Of a stretch of DNA of 64,000 nt, positions 55,407 through 64,000 are shown piece by piece. The position numbers and the translations under genes were made by a program. The notes beneath the pieces were generated by a model. It was not told the origin of the DNA, made no database searches, and was given only the letters and a program-made list of their open reading frames with translations. Numbering within the stretch: position 1 is the first letter of the stretch; every line of letters starts with the position of its first letter. The stretch lies in the NCBI GenBank assembly GCA_945906965.1, contig CAMDRP010000001.1, positions 32,908-96,907 of the forward strand. Direction: 5' to 3'. The DNA comes from Opitutus sp. GAS368 (GTDB lineage: Bacteria; Verrucomicrobiota; Verrucomicrobiia; Opitutales; Opitutaceae).

Positions 55407-56825
55407 TTAGTTTTGGGTGACAGAGAACACTTCGCGGGCGTCAGCGATTTGGCCCGTGACGGCCGCAGCGGCGACCATGACAGGGCTCATGAGAATCGTG
55501 CGACCCGTGGTCGAGCCTTGGCGGCCCTTGAAGTTGCGGTTTGAGGACGAGGCGCAGAGCTGGTCCCCGATGAGTTTATCTGGATTCATCGCAAGACACA
55601 TCGAGCAACCGGCGGCGCGCCACTCGAAGCCGGCTTCCGCGAGAATTTTATCGAGCCCGAGTTTTTCACATTGGAGCGCGACGATTTGGGAGCCGGGGAC
55701 GGCGATCGCTTTGATGCCGGGTGCGACTTTACGCCCCTTGATGTACTTGGCGACTTCTTGGAAGTCGGAAAGGCGGCCGTTGGTGCAAGAGCCGAGGAAA
55801 GCGACATTGATTTTGGTGCCCTTGATGGGAGCGCCCGCAGGCAATTTCATATAGGCCAGAGCTTCAATGATACCCGCTTTATCGTCGGCCGATGTCGCCG
55901 TTTCTGGGCTTGGGATGTTTTCGGAGATCGAAATGCCTTGGCCGGGATTGATGCCCCACGTGACTGTCGGCGCAATGTCGGCAGCGTTTATTTTAACGAC
56001 ATCAGCGTAAGCGGCGCCGGGATCAGACGCAAAAGACTTCCAATGAGAAACCGCCGCATCCCAGTTCGTGGACTTGGGCGCATAAGGACGGCCCTTGAGG
56101 TAAGCGAACGTAGTCTCATCGGGATTAACGTAACCAACGCGGGCGCCGCCCTCGATCGACATGTTACAAACGGTCATGCGCTCCTCCATGGAGAAGCCAT
56201 CAAACGTGGAGCCAGCGTATTCGTAGGCGAAACCCGTGCCGCCATTTACACCCAGCATGCGGATGATGTGCAAAATGACATCCTTGGCGTAAACGCCGGG
56301 ACGCAGCTTCCCGTTCACTTCTATACGGCGAACTTTTAATTCCCCGAGCGCCATGGTCTGGGTGGCGAGGACGTCGCGGACTTGGCTAGTTCCAATACCA
56401 AACGCAATCGCGCCAAACGCACCGTGCGTCGAAGTGTGCGAATCACCGCACGCGATCGTCGTGCCTGGTTGCGTGATACCCTGCTCGGGGCCGACGATGT
56501 GGACGATCCCTTGCTTGCCGGTCGCGCGATCAAAAAAAGTAATACCGAATTGCGCGCAATTTTTTCGCAACTCATCCATCATCGCCTGAGCCAACGGATC
56601 AGCATAGGGCTCGATAAATTGATCCGTCGGGACAATGTGGTCCACCGTAGCAAAAGTGCGATGCGGAAACGCCACCTTGAGACCAAGATCCCGCACCATC
56701 CCGAAGGCCTGCGGACTCGTGACTTCATGAATTAAATGCGTGCCAATGAGCAACTGCGTCTGGCCATTGGCGAGCTGCCGGACGGTGTGAGCGTCCCATA
56801 CTTTTTGGAAAAGATTTTTAGGCAT
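55407..56825 (-). CDS. leuC: 3-isopropylmalate dehydratase large subunit
   Basis: 472 aa. [33 protein letters not shown] and CSMCLAMN (Fe-S ligand Cys residues). Confidence 0.95.
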   Translation of the reverse strand: MPKNLFQKVWDAHTVRQLANGQTQLLIGTHLIHEVTSPQAFGMVRDLGLKVAFPHRTFATVDHIVPTDQFIEPYADPLAQAMMDELRKNCAQFGITFFDRATGKQGIVHIVGPEQGITQPGTTIACGDSHTSTHGAFGAIAFGIGTSQVRDVLATQTMALGELKVRRIEVNGKLRPGVYAKDVILHIIRMLGVNGGTGFAYEYAGSTFDGFSMEERMTVCNMSIEGGARVGYVNPDETTFAYLKGRPYAPKSTNWDAAVSHWKSFASDPGAAYADVVKINAADIAPTVTWGINPGQGISISENIPSPETATSADDKAGIIEALAYMKLPAGAPIKGTKINVAFLGSCTNGRLSDFQEVAKYIKGRKVAPGIKAIAVPGSQIVALQCEKLGLDKILAEAGFEWRAAGCSMCLAMNPDKLIGDQLCASSSNRNFKGRQGSTTGRTILMSPVMVAAAAVTGQIADAREVFSVTQN

Positions 56826-56858
56826 AAATGAAAAAAATTAAAAATAGCTCTTAAGCTG

Positions 56859-56877
56859 AAAAAGGGTCGGTTGACCC
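56859..56877 (-). terminator. Short hairpin plus T5 in the leuC leader (attenuator-like, or a terminator for the upstream ATPase)
   Basis: On the minus strand: GGGTC-AACC-GACCC followed by TTTTT, ending 33 nt before the leuC ATG. The stem is only 5 bp. Confidence 0.3.
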
Positions 56878-56951
56878 TACCAGATTCTAACCCTCCGGCA
56901 AAATACTTATTTGATCACGAAAAACGACATCCCAAAAATAACATTAAGCGT

Positions 56952-56987
56952 TGCATATCATTATATTATATGCATAAGTTTACTTAT
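56952..56987. promoter_or_regulatory. Nested AT-rich palindromes in the ATPase-leuC intergenic region
   Basis: TGCATAT-N9-ATATGCA (56952-56974), immediately followed by ATAAGT-TT-ACTTAT (56974-56987). Confidence 0.3.
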
Positions 56988-57005
56988 AAAGTTACCGGAC
57001 AAATC

Positions 57006-59240
57006 TCATCGATTGCGACTCAACAACAAACGCAAAGAATTCAAGCAGACCAAAACGGTACTGCCTTCATGAGCAGCCACACCCACGGCTAGAGGTACAA
57101 AACCCAACACCGTCGCAATCACCATCACGACCACCACGCCCAAAGAAATCGTAAGATTTTGCCGTATGATTGCCCGAGCTCGTCGACTTAAACGATGGGC
57201 CGACAAGAAATTCTCGATCTTATCCTGCATCAAAATCACCTCCGCCTGTTCCAAGGCGGCATCGCTGCCACGTGCGCCCATGGCGACCCCGACATCGGCG
57301 GCGGCCAAACAAGGCGCATCGTTCACTCCGTCGCCCACCATGGCGATCACCTTGCCCGATTCCCGCAACGCCGTGATTGCAGCTACTTTTCCTTCGGGCG
57401 TCAGCCCCGCGCGCACTTCGTTCAGACCCAGCTCCTTCGCGACCGCCTCAGCCGCATGTTGGCGATCTCCGGTCAACATAACCGTAAAAATCCCCTGCTG
57501 ATTCAGCTCCGCCAACACCGCGCGTGATTCGGAACGGATTTGATCGCGCAGTAGCACCCGCCCCACCATCTCGCGACCGATCACCCAGATCTCACTCAAC
57601 TCCGCCGGCGCTGGGGGCAGTTTCTTAGCCCAAGCCGCCAACGGTCCGGCCTCCAATAACTCCCTTCGGCCGAGTAAAACTTGCACCCCATTCAGGCTGC
57701 CTTTTACGCCCTCGCCCACGATGTTGCGAAATTCATCCACGTTAAACTCGCGGACCCCGCGCGCCCGCGCATCTCGCACAATGGCACGCGCCAACGGGTG
57801 CTCCGATTTAGCCTCCAGCGCGTACGCCAGCTCCATCACTTCCTGCTCTCGCCCCGACGGGAAACTCTCGTAACCCACCACCGCGAGTTCGCCGGTGGTC
57901 AATGTGCCCGTTTTATCCAACGCGACTGCATTGATATCGGCTAATTTCTCAATCGCTGCGCCGCCTCGAAACAACACGCCGTGCCGCGCGCCCCAAGCAA
58001 TAGCAGCCAAAATCGCCGAGGGAATCGACAAAACCAACGCACACGGGCTAGCCACCACCAGCAGCGTCATCGCTCGATAAAATGCCGAACGCGTCTCCAC
58101 CGTATTCGTGAATGCCGGCAACCCATAGCCCAACCACCAAACTAAAAACATCAAGGTCGCGCCCGCCAACACGGCGTACGTGTAACCGGTGCCAAAGCGA
58201 TCGGTGAAACGCTCACTCGGCGCTTTTAATTTCTGCGCGGTCTGAATCAGCCGGATGATTTTCTGCAACGTACTTTCCGCCGGCAGCCGATTCACATCGA
58301 AATCAACCGCGCCCCACAAATTAATCGTACCACTGAAGACCGGATCACCTTTGGTCTTTTCCACCGGCATGGCTTCGCCCGTAAGTGCGGATTCATCGCT
58401 CGCACTTCTGCCGCTGACGATCGTGCCATCCGCCGGAAACGCGCCGCCGGGCTTCACGCGCACGCGTTGACCGATTTGGAGTTGTTCGACGGCCATTTCA
58501 CGTTCGGCCCCTTCGGCGGTCACAATGATCGCCCACTTCGGCGCTGATTTGAGCAACGCACTCACCTCCCGCTGCGTCCGATCCAAAGCAAAAGCCTCCA
58601 TCGCGCCCGAAGCCGAAAATAGAAACAATAGCAGTACCGCTTCACTATGCGCGCCGATCGAAACCGCGCCTGCCGCGACGATCAGCATTAATAAATGAAT
58701 ATCAACTTCGCCTTTTTTTATATTAGCCCACGTATCGATGGCAGCATCCCAAGCGCCCGCCAACAGTGCCGCGGCAAAAAAGATCCACGCCAACCACGGT
58801 AACTCCGGTGCAAAATGATTCATCAAGCTACCTACGATACCCGCGCCGCCGCAAATCGCCGCGAGCCATGTCAGGAATTTCCATTCGGGCTGACTGGCGG
58901 CGTCCTGGCCCGCTTCCGGCCAATCCACTTCACGCCATTGCCAAAGCTTTTCGGCCGTCGAGCACGATTCGCGTCCCACGATAAGACGCGCTCCTTCATG
59001 GGTAAGTTTAAATCCAGCCGGCGCCACGATTGATGCTTGAGTCGCCAAGCGCGCTTCAATCGCCGTAATCGTAGCGGAAAGTTTTGCACTAAAATCGACC
59101 AAATCTACCTCACCCAATGTCGCCACCTCCACGGTCTGAGCTGCGGGATCAATCCGTACAGCGCTCACTCCGGGCTGCGTGCGTAAAAACGCCACCAATT
59201 CCTGCACCCATTTTCCTTCAGTCTGGGTGTTAACGTGCAT
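57006..59240 (-). CDS. Heavy-metal-translocating P1B-type ATPase (SPC / HEGST signature, P1B-4-like)
   Basis: 744 aa. Motifs DKTGTLT, GDGVNDAP, TM motif VVASPCALV (SPC rather than CPC) and AAHEGSTVLV. The N-terminal ferredoxin-like segment has no CxxC. Confidence 0.9.
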   Translation of the reverse strand: MHVNTQTEGKWVQELVAFLRTQPGVSAVRIDPAAQTVEVATLGEVDLVDFSAKLSATITAIEARLATQASIVAPAGFKLTHEGARLIVGRESCSTAEKLWQWREVDWPEAGQDAASQPEWKFLTWLAAICGGAGIVGSLMNHFAPELPWLAWIFFAAALLAGAWDAAIDTWANIKKGEVDIHLLMLIVAAGAVSIGAHSEAVLLLFLFSASGAMEAFALDRTQREVSALLKSAPKWAIIVTAEGAEREMAVEQLQIGQRVRVKPGGAFPADGTIVSGRSASDESALTGEAMPVEKTKGDPVFSGTINLWGAVDFDVNRLPAESTLQKIIRLIQTAQKLKAPSERFTDRFGTGYTYAVLAGATLMFLVWWLGYGLPAFTNTVETRSAFYRAMTLLVVASPCALVLSIPSAILAAIAWGARHGVLFRGGAAIEKLADINAVALDKTGTLTTGELAVVGYESFPSGREQEVMELAYALEAKSEHPLARAIVRDARARGVREFNVDEFRNIVGEGVKGSLNGVQVLLGRRELLEAGPLAAWAKKLPPAPAELSEIWVIGREMVGRVLLRDQIRSESRAVLAELNQQGIFTVMLTGDRQHAAEAVAKELGLNEVRAGLTPEGKVAAITALRESGKVIAMVGDGVNDAPCLAAADVGVAMGARGSDAALEQAEVILMQDKIENFLSAHRLSRRARAIIRQNLTISLGVVVVMVIATVLGFVPLAVGVAAHEGSTVLVCLNSLRLLLSRNR

Positions 59241-59329
59241 TTTATTAATCTAACCCGAGACCACGGGTCGGCAAATTCATTTGCGCAGCCCTTGCCTCAG
59301 ACCCGGCGCTCGATGAAGTTCATGGGCCC

Positions 59330-61408
59330 ATGATTGGACTCCGCGACGACCAAGCCTCAGCTCCTCCGCCCCCCAGCCGGGCGCCCGAGCTCGCCGCGAA
59401 GATTTTTACCGAGGGCGGCTGGCTCCATGTTGGGCTTAAACTCGAACATCGCCCGCAACAGGAATCCATGGCCCGCGCCATCGCCTCCGCACTCAAAGGC
59501 GATGATTCACTGCTATTCGAAGCCGGTACCGGCGTGGGTAAATCCTTAGCCTATTTAGTCCCCGGCATCATTCACGCCGTTGATCAACAACGCCAACTCA
59601 TCGTTTCCACGCACACAATTTCCCTCCAGGAACAACTCGAAACCAAAGACCTGCCCCTCGTTCGCCGGCTATTTCAATCGAACCCAGCCCTCGCCGGTTA
59701 CGCCGATTTCCGCTCAGCCGTCCTGCTCGGAAAATCAAACTACCTTTGCACGACGCGTCTCGGGCAGGCGCTCAGCGATCGGGCCAGCCTTTTCGCCGAT
59801 GCCGATTACGATGAATTGCAACGCATCGCCGGCTGGGCCGAAACCACCGAATCGGGTCTGCGCCACGACCTGCGGCCGCCGCCGCGCGCGGAGGTCTGGG
59901 ATGCCGTCAACGCCGATTCATCCTCGTGCTCGCGCAAACATTGTGACTGCGAAAAATGTTTTTACCAACGCGCCCGCGGCCGCATCCGCACGGCGCACAT
60001 CATCATCGTCAACCACGCGCTGCTCTTCGCCCTGGTCAACGCCGGTGGTGCCATGGCGCACGGCGCCACCGGACCCGAGGCCCGTGGCGTACTGTTTCCG
60101 GGTGATTTTCTCGTCCTCGACGAAGCCCACACCGTGCCGGAAGTAGCCACGGCCAATTTCGGACTCTCGCTCAGCAGTTACGGCGTCGAGCGCGCGTTGA
60201 AATATCTCTATAATCCGCGCACCAAGCGCGGCCTCCTGCGCAAACTCGGCGGCCCCGAAGCCCAACAGCTCGTCACCGACGCTCTCGACGCCGCCAAACA
60301 TTTTTTTGATTTTCTTAGCACAACCCTCCTCGCCGCCCGCCCCGTAGTCCGCGTGCGCGAACCTGGCATAGCGGAACCCACGCTCGATGGCCCTCTGGGC
60401 GCTCTGCAACGACTCGTCGGCAAACTCGCCGATAAACTCGACGAGGGCCGCGCTCGCGACGAACTTCTGGAGCAAAAAACTCGCCTCAAAGGCCTACAAG
60501 CCGGCCTTATCGAGTGGCTTAACCTCGCCGCCGAGGGCCACGTTTATTGGGCCGAACGCGGTGGCCGTAAACAAACGATTGTGAGCCTGCGCAGCGCCCC
60601 GATTGATGTTGCTCCAGCTCTGCGCGAACATCTTTTCGGGTGCGGGGTGAGCGTGATCTGCACGAGCGCCACTCTCGCCCTAGCCGGTGACATCGCGGCC
60701 TTTGCGAAACGTCTCGGAGCCGATCAAGCGCGCACGGAAATCGTGCACTCGCCGTTCGACTATAAACGCCACATGCGCGTCTACATCGCCGCCGACGTGC
60801 CCCTGCCCTCGCCGCAAGAGGCCAAACTCTCTCTTGAAGCACTCACCGATTACATTCGATTTTGCGTTCACGCCGTAAAGGGCGGCTCCCTTGTTTTGTT
60901 CACCAGCTACACGGATATGCGCGCCGTTGCTGCGACGCTGGAGAGCGAATTTCGCACTTCGGGCCGACCGTTTCTAATGCAAGGAGCCGATCTTTCACGC
61001 ACGGAACTAGCCGAACACATGCGCAGCCTCGGCAACGCCGTGCTCTTTGGTACCGATAGTTTTTGGACCGGCGTCGATGTGCCTGGGGACGCGCTCGCGC
61101 AAGTCATTATTACCCGATTACCCTTCGATCCCCCGACCCATCCCATTACCGAGGCAAAAACCGAGTGGATCCGCGATCACGGCGGCAACCCCTTTAATGA
61201 TCTCACCCTGCCCGACGCACTCATCAAATTTCGCCAAGGTGCCGGCCGGCTCATACGCTCCCAAGCCGACCGCGGCGTGATCACCATTCTTGATTCTCGC
61301 GTCCTCGCCAAAAGCTACGGACGGCTCTTCCTCCAATCCCTTCCGCAGCCCGAGGCAACGCGCCTGACCCGCGAAACTCGAGCGGACTTATTTCACCCTT
61401 TTACTTGA
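59330..61408 (+). CDS. dinG: ATP-dependent DNA helicase, DinG/XPD-like (Fe-S type)
   Basis: 692 aa. Walker A EAGTGVGKS, DEAH box (VLDEAHTV), and a four-Cys cluster (C..TTRL; CSRKHCDCEKC). Confidence 0.85.
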   Translation: MIGLRDDQASAPPPPSRAPELAAKIFTEGGWLHVGLKLEHRPQQESMARAIASALKGDDSLLFEAGTGVGKSLAYLVPGIIHAVDQQRQLIVSTHTISLQEQLETKDLPLVRRLFQSNPALAGYADFRSAVLLGKSNYLCTTRLGQALSDRASLFADADYDELQRIAGWAETTESGLRHDLRPPPRAEVWDAVNADSSSCSRKHCDCEKCFYQRARGRIRTAHIIIVNHALLFALVNAGGAMAHGATGPEARGVLFPGDFLVLDEAHTVPEVATANFGLSLSSYGVERALKYLYNPRTKRGLLRKLGGPEAQQLVTDALDAAKHFFDFLSTTLLAARPVVRVREPGIAEPTLDGPLGALQRLVGKLADKLDEGRARDELLEQKTRLKGLQAGLIEWLNLAAEGHVYWAERGGRKQTIVSLRSAPIDVAPALREHLFGCGVSVICTSATLALAGDIAAFAKRLGADQARTEIVHSPFDYKRHMRVYIAADVPLPSPQEAKLSLEALTDYIRFCVHAVKGGSLVLFTSYTDMRAVAATLESEFRTSGRPFLMQGADLSRTELAEHMRSLGNAVLFGTDSFWTGVDVPGDALAQVIITRLPFDPPTHPITEAKTEWIRDHGGNPFNDLTLPDALIKFRQGAGRLIRSQADRGVITILDSRVLAKSYGRLFLQSLPQPEATRLTRETRADLFHPFT

Positions 61409-61441
61409 AATAAGAGACGCATAAAATTGGCGCATAACTGA

Positions 61442-61888
61442 ATGAGTAAGTTTCGCTCCGCGGCCTTGACCGAGATCGGACGGTTCCGAATAGAAAATGA
61501 GGACCGCTTCATCCAAGAAATCACCACCCAGTTATTGGGTGTCGCCGATGGCGTATGCGTTAAGCGACATGGAAACCTCGAAAAGCTCACTGAAGATCAT
61601 ACCGTTGAAAATGAAATCCACCCTCTCCAAGCCCGCGGCGCACCAATTCATTACTACCCAGGCAATCCAGGTGCGAGCACACGCTGCATCGCTCTATTCG
61701 ATCAACTTGAGCGTTATTTTTTTTGCACCGACGGAGTCGCCGGCATGATCAACGACCGCGAACTCGATCACCTAATGGCGCTACCGATTGAATCCGAAAC
61801 TCTCGTGCGCGAGATCATCCAACTAGCGGTCAATCGCGGCGATTCAGACACCACCACCGCAGTTATCGTCTACACGGACGCTCCCTAA
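61442..61888 (+). CDS. PP2C-like protein, internally shortened (possible pseudo-phosphatase or decaying gene)
   Basis: 148 aa against about 235-250 aa for bacterial PP2C domains. It keeps GRFRIENEDRF, LGVADG, LTEDHT and FFCTDGV. The GG after ADG, the central motifs and the terminal DN are absent (GDSDTTTAVIVY instead of GG.DNIT). Confidence 0.55.
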   Translation: MSKFRSAALTEIGRFRIENEDRFIQEITTQLLGVADGVCVKRHGNLEKLTEDHTVENEIHPLQARGAPIHYYPGNPGASTRCIALFDQLERYFFCTDGVAGMINDRELDHLMALPIESETLVREIIQLAVNRGDSDTTTAVIVYTDAP

Positions 61889-62200
61889 ATGCCTTCTCGC
61901 AGTCATCACTTCTCCGCACTTGTCGAGCGCGCGCCCGACAACGAACTCTTCCGTTTTAGTTTGGCTCAGGCTCTTCTAGCCGAGGGCCGGCCAGAAGATG
62001 CTGCCACGCATTTTGATTTTTGTGTCGCTAAAAAAAACGACTGGATGATGCCACGCATCCTCCTCGGTAAAATCCATCTCGGCGCCCATCGGAACAACGA
62101 AGCACGTCCCCTGCTCGAAGCCGCACTTGCTCTGGCCATCGAACAAGCACACGAAGAGCCCGAGCACGAACTCCGAGCTCTCTTAGCCGATCTCCGCTAA
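61889..62200 (+). CDS. Small TPR-like helical-repeat protein
   Basis: 103 aa. It starts directly after the PP2C-like stop (TAAATG). Helix-pair pattern: FRFSLAQALLAEGRPEDAATHFDFCVAK...GKIHLGAHRNNEARPLLEAALALA. Confidence 0.5.
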   Translation: MPSRSHHFSALVERAPDNELFRFSLAQALLAEGRPEDAATHFDFCVAKKNDWMMPRILLGKIHLGAHRNNEARPLLEAALALAIEQAHEEPEHELRALLADLR

Positions 62201-62232
62201 AGCCGCCGGCTCGGCGGTTCATGCTGCAGCAC

Positions 62233-62260
62233 AAAAAACGGCGACCTCAGTCGCCGTTTT
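62233..62260. terminator. Bidirectional intrinsic terminator between the TPR-like ORF and ftsH
   Basis: AAAAAA-ACGGCGAC-CTCA-GTCGCCGT-TTTT. A perfect 8-bp stem is flanked by an A-run and a T-run, and sits between convergent genes. Confidence 0.75.
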
Positions 62261-62281
62261 ACTTAGGAGATTTTAAATGGT

Positions 62282-64000
62282 TTAAGCCGGACTGGGCGAA
62301 GGCGCCGATCCTCCGGGAGTAATCAAATCCTCGGCCGCAGATTTTTCCTCAGGCTTTTTATCCGCGTTTTTTTCCTCCGGCTTGATCAGTGCGGCCGTGA
62401 TGACCGGTGAGCGCAATTCACCAAATTGAAGGATTTCCAAGACGTGTTTCCCTTCGAGCGTCTCATGCTCAAGCAACGCCTCGGCGACTTTATCCAATGC
62501 AGCGCGATGTTCCGTGATAATCTGGGTCGCCCTAGTGTACTGCTCGGTTATAATCCGATGGATTTCAACATCGATTTTACGCGCGGTTTCTTCGGATACA
62601 TTTTCGGAGCGAGTGATTTCACGACCAAGGAAAACCGTATCTTGATTGTCGCCAAAGGCGATTGGCCCGAGCGGACTCATACCCCAATCGCAGACCATGT
62701 GGCGCGCGATCTTTGTCACCTGTTTAATATCGCCGGCAGCGCCGCTGGAAATATCACCCAAGACCAACTCTTCCGCAATCCGGCCACCTAAGCCCATCGC
62801 AATCTGATTTAGCATGCGTTTCATCGCATGAGTGAGCTGATCTTTTTTGGGAATAAACATCGTGCTACCCAAGCTGCGTCCGCGCGGGATGATCGTAACT
62901 TTGTGTACCGGCAAAGTGCCATCGTCCAATACGCCCTGCACTAAAGCGTGACCAGCTTCATGATAAGCCGTGAGTTTCTTTTCTTCATCATCCATCAAGC
63001 GCCGACGCTCACGGCCGAATTGCACTTTTTCACGCGCATCATCGACATCAATCATTTCGACTTTTTTCTTATTCCGCCGGGCGGCCAATAATGCGGCTTC
63101 GTTCAATAAATTAGCCAACTCCGCACCCGATAGCCCCGGAGTGCCACGAGCAATGACGGCGAGATCAACGGTATCGGACAAACTGATCTTTTTGGCGTGA
63201 ACCCGCAAAATTTGCTCACGCCCAATCATATCGGGTAAATCTACGTAAATCTGGCGATCGAAACGACCAGGACGAAGCAACGCACTATCCAGGACGTCGG
63301 GCCGATTTGTGGCCGCAATGATAATAACGCCTTCGGTCGTGTCGAAACCGTCCATTTCCACGAGCAGTGAATTCAACGTCTGCTCACGTTCATCATTACC
63401 GCCGCCGACGCCGGCCCCACGTTGGCGACCCACGGCATCAATTTCATCGATAAAGATAAGACAGGGTGCGCTCTTGCGTCCCTGTTCAAACATGTCGCGC
63501 ACGCGACTGGCGCCGACGCCCACAAACATTTCCACAAAATCAGAACCCGAAATACTGAAAAACGGCACCTCCGCCTCACCGGCGACCGCCTTGGCGAGCA
63601 GGGTTTTACCCGTGCCCGGCGAACCGACCATCAAAATGCCACGCGGAATCCTTCCGCCCATTTTGGTAAATTTTTTCGGATCCTTCAAAAATTCGACGAC
63701 TTCGCTCACCTCTTCCTTGGCTTCATCACAACCAGCCACATCGGCGAATGTGATTTTATCACGATCACGCGTGAGCAATTTAGCCCGACTCTTGCCGAAG
63801 CTCAAAGCCCCGCGGCCAGCTTGTTTAAGTTGGCGCACAAAAAGAAAATACAACAACCCGATGATAAGCACAAACGGGACGACTTGAACCAAAATTGAGG
63901 CCAACATTGTCTGGCTAGGTTGCTCGGAAAACTTTTTTGATTTCTGCAAACGTTCCATGTTAGCGTCCGTCAGCCGGCCGGAGGCCACGAAGGTGTTGGT
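62282..64000 (-). CDS. ftsH: ATP-dependent zinc metalloprotease FtsH (5' end lies outside the window)
   Basis: AAA+ Walker [14 protein letters not shown], Walker [12 protein letters not shown] region and zinc motif HEAGHA. The frame stays open to base 64000 (TNTF upstream of the listed GTG). Confidence 0.93.
   Translation of the reverse strand, partial: TNTFVASGRLTDANMERLQKSKKFSEQPSQTMLASILVQVVPFVLIIGLLYFLFVRQLKQAGRGALSFGKSRAKLLTRDRDKITFADVAGCDEAKEEVSEVVEFLKDPKKFTKMGGRIPRGILMVGSPGTGKTLLAKAVAGEAEVPFFSISGSDFVEMFVGVGASRVRDMFEQGRKSAPCLIFIDEIDAVGRQRGAGVGGGNDEREQTLNSLLVEMDGFDTTEGVIIIAATNRPDVLDSALLRPGRFDRQIYVDLPDMIGREQILRVHAKKISLSDTVDLAVIARGTPGLSGAELANLLNEAALLAARRNKKKVEMIDVDDAREKVQFGRERRRLMDDEEKKLTAYHEAGHALVQGVLDDGTLPVHKVTIIPRGRSLGSTMFIPKKDQLTHAMKRMLNQIAMGLGGRIAEELVLGDISSGAAGDIKQVTKIARHMVCDWGMSPLGPIAFGDNQDTVFLGREITRSENVSEETARKIDVEIHRIITEQYTRATQIITEHRAALDKVAEALLEHETLEGKHVLEILQFGELRSPVITAALIKPEEKNADKKPEEKSAAEDLITPGGSAPSPSPA

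Noticed and set aside
56871-57092. A 73-aa plus-strand ORF spanning the AT-rich leuC/ATPase spacer.
   Set aside because: It runs antisense into the 3' end of the ATPase gene. Its AT-rich codon usage is unlike all confident genes here, and it has no motifs.

Overview
This looks like a high-GC chromosomal segment that is mostly housekeeping. I suspect a PVC/Verrucomicrobiota-like organism, based on gene content and leaders without Shine-Dalgarno sites; that is inference, not verified. I support about 50 protein genes.

Main blocks, in order:
- 1-4.7 kb: an ECF sigma / FecR / TonB-dependent transducer cassette.
- 4.8-6.1 kb: a DsbA-like / MauE-like module.
- 6.2-11.8 kb: a DAACS symporter and an RND pump with its adaptor.
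- 11.8-34 kb: gcvTH, lgt, glgC, glmS, trpE, an RpoD-like sigma, rpsA, aguAB, hisG, a 5'-3' exonuclease and smc.
- 33.5-40 kb: a sugar-acid-type cluster.
- 40-52 kb: more accessory-looking genes. These include a PLP decarboxylase with an unknown partner, a Tat ceramidase-like protein, PPK2, a Dabb protein, an MBL hydrolase, an ankyrin protein, DUF1080 proteins and a GT61-like protein.
- 52.9-64 kb: an SDR oxidoreductase, exbBD, leuCD, a P1B-type ATPase, dinG, a truncated PP2C-like gene and the 3' part of ftsH.

I found no rRNA, tRNA, CRISPR array, transposase, integrase or recognisable defence genes by eye.

The most interesting observations are:
- Phased CGCTTC boxes at fixed distances upstream of four consecutive start codons (35-38.7 kb).
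- A PLP decarboxylase coupled to an uncharacterised HxD...H protein.
- A DsbA/MauE-type module that may form disulfides.
- An SGNH-DUF1080 fusion.
- An internally deleted mini-PP2C paired with a TPR-like ORF.
- A second signal-peptide-like segment inside the TonB-dependent transducer.

All family assignments come from motifs read in the translations. No database search was run.
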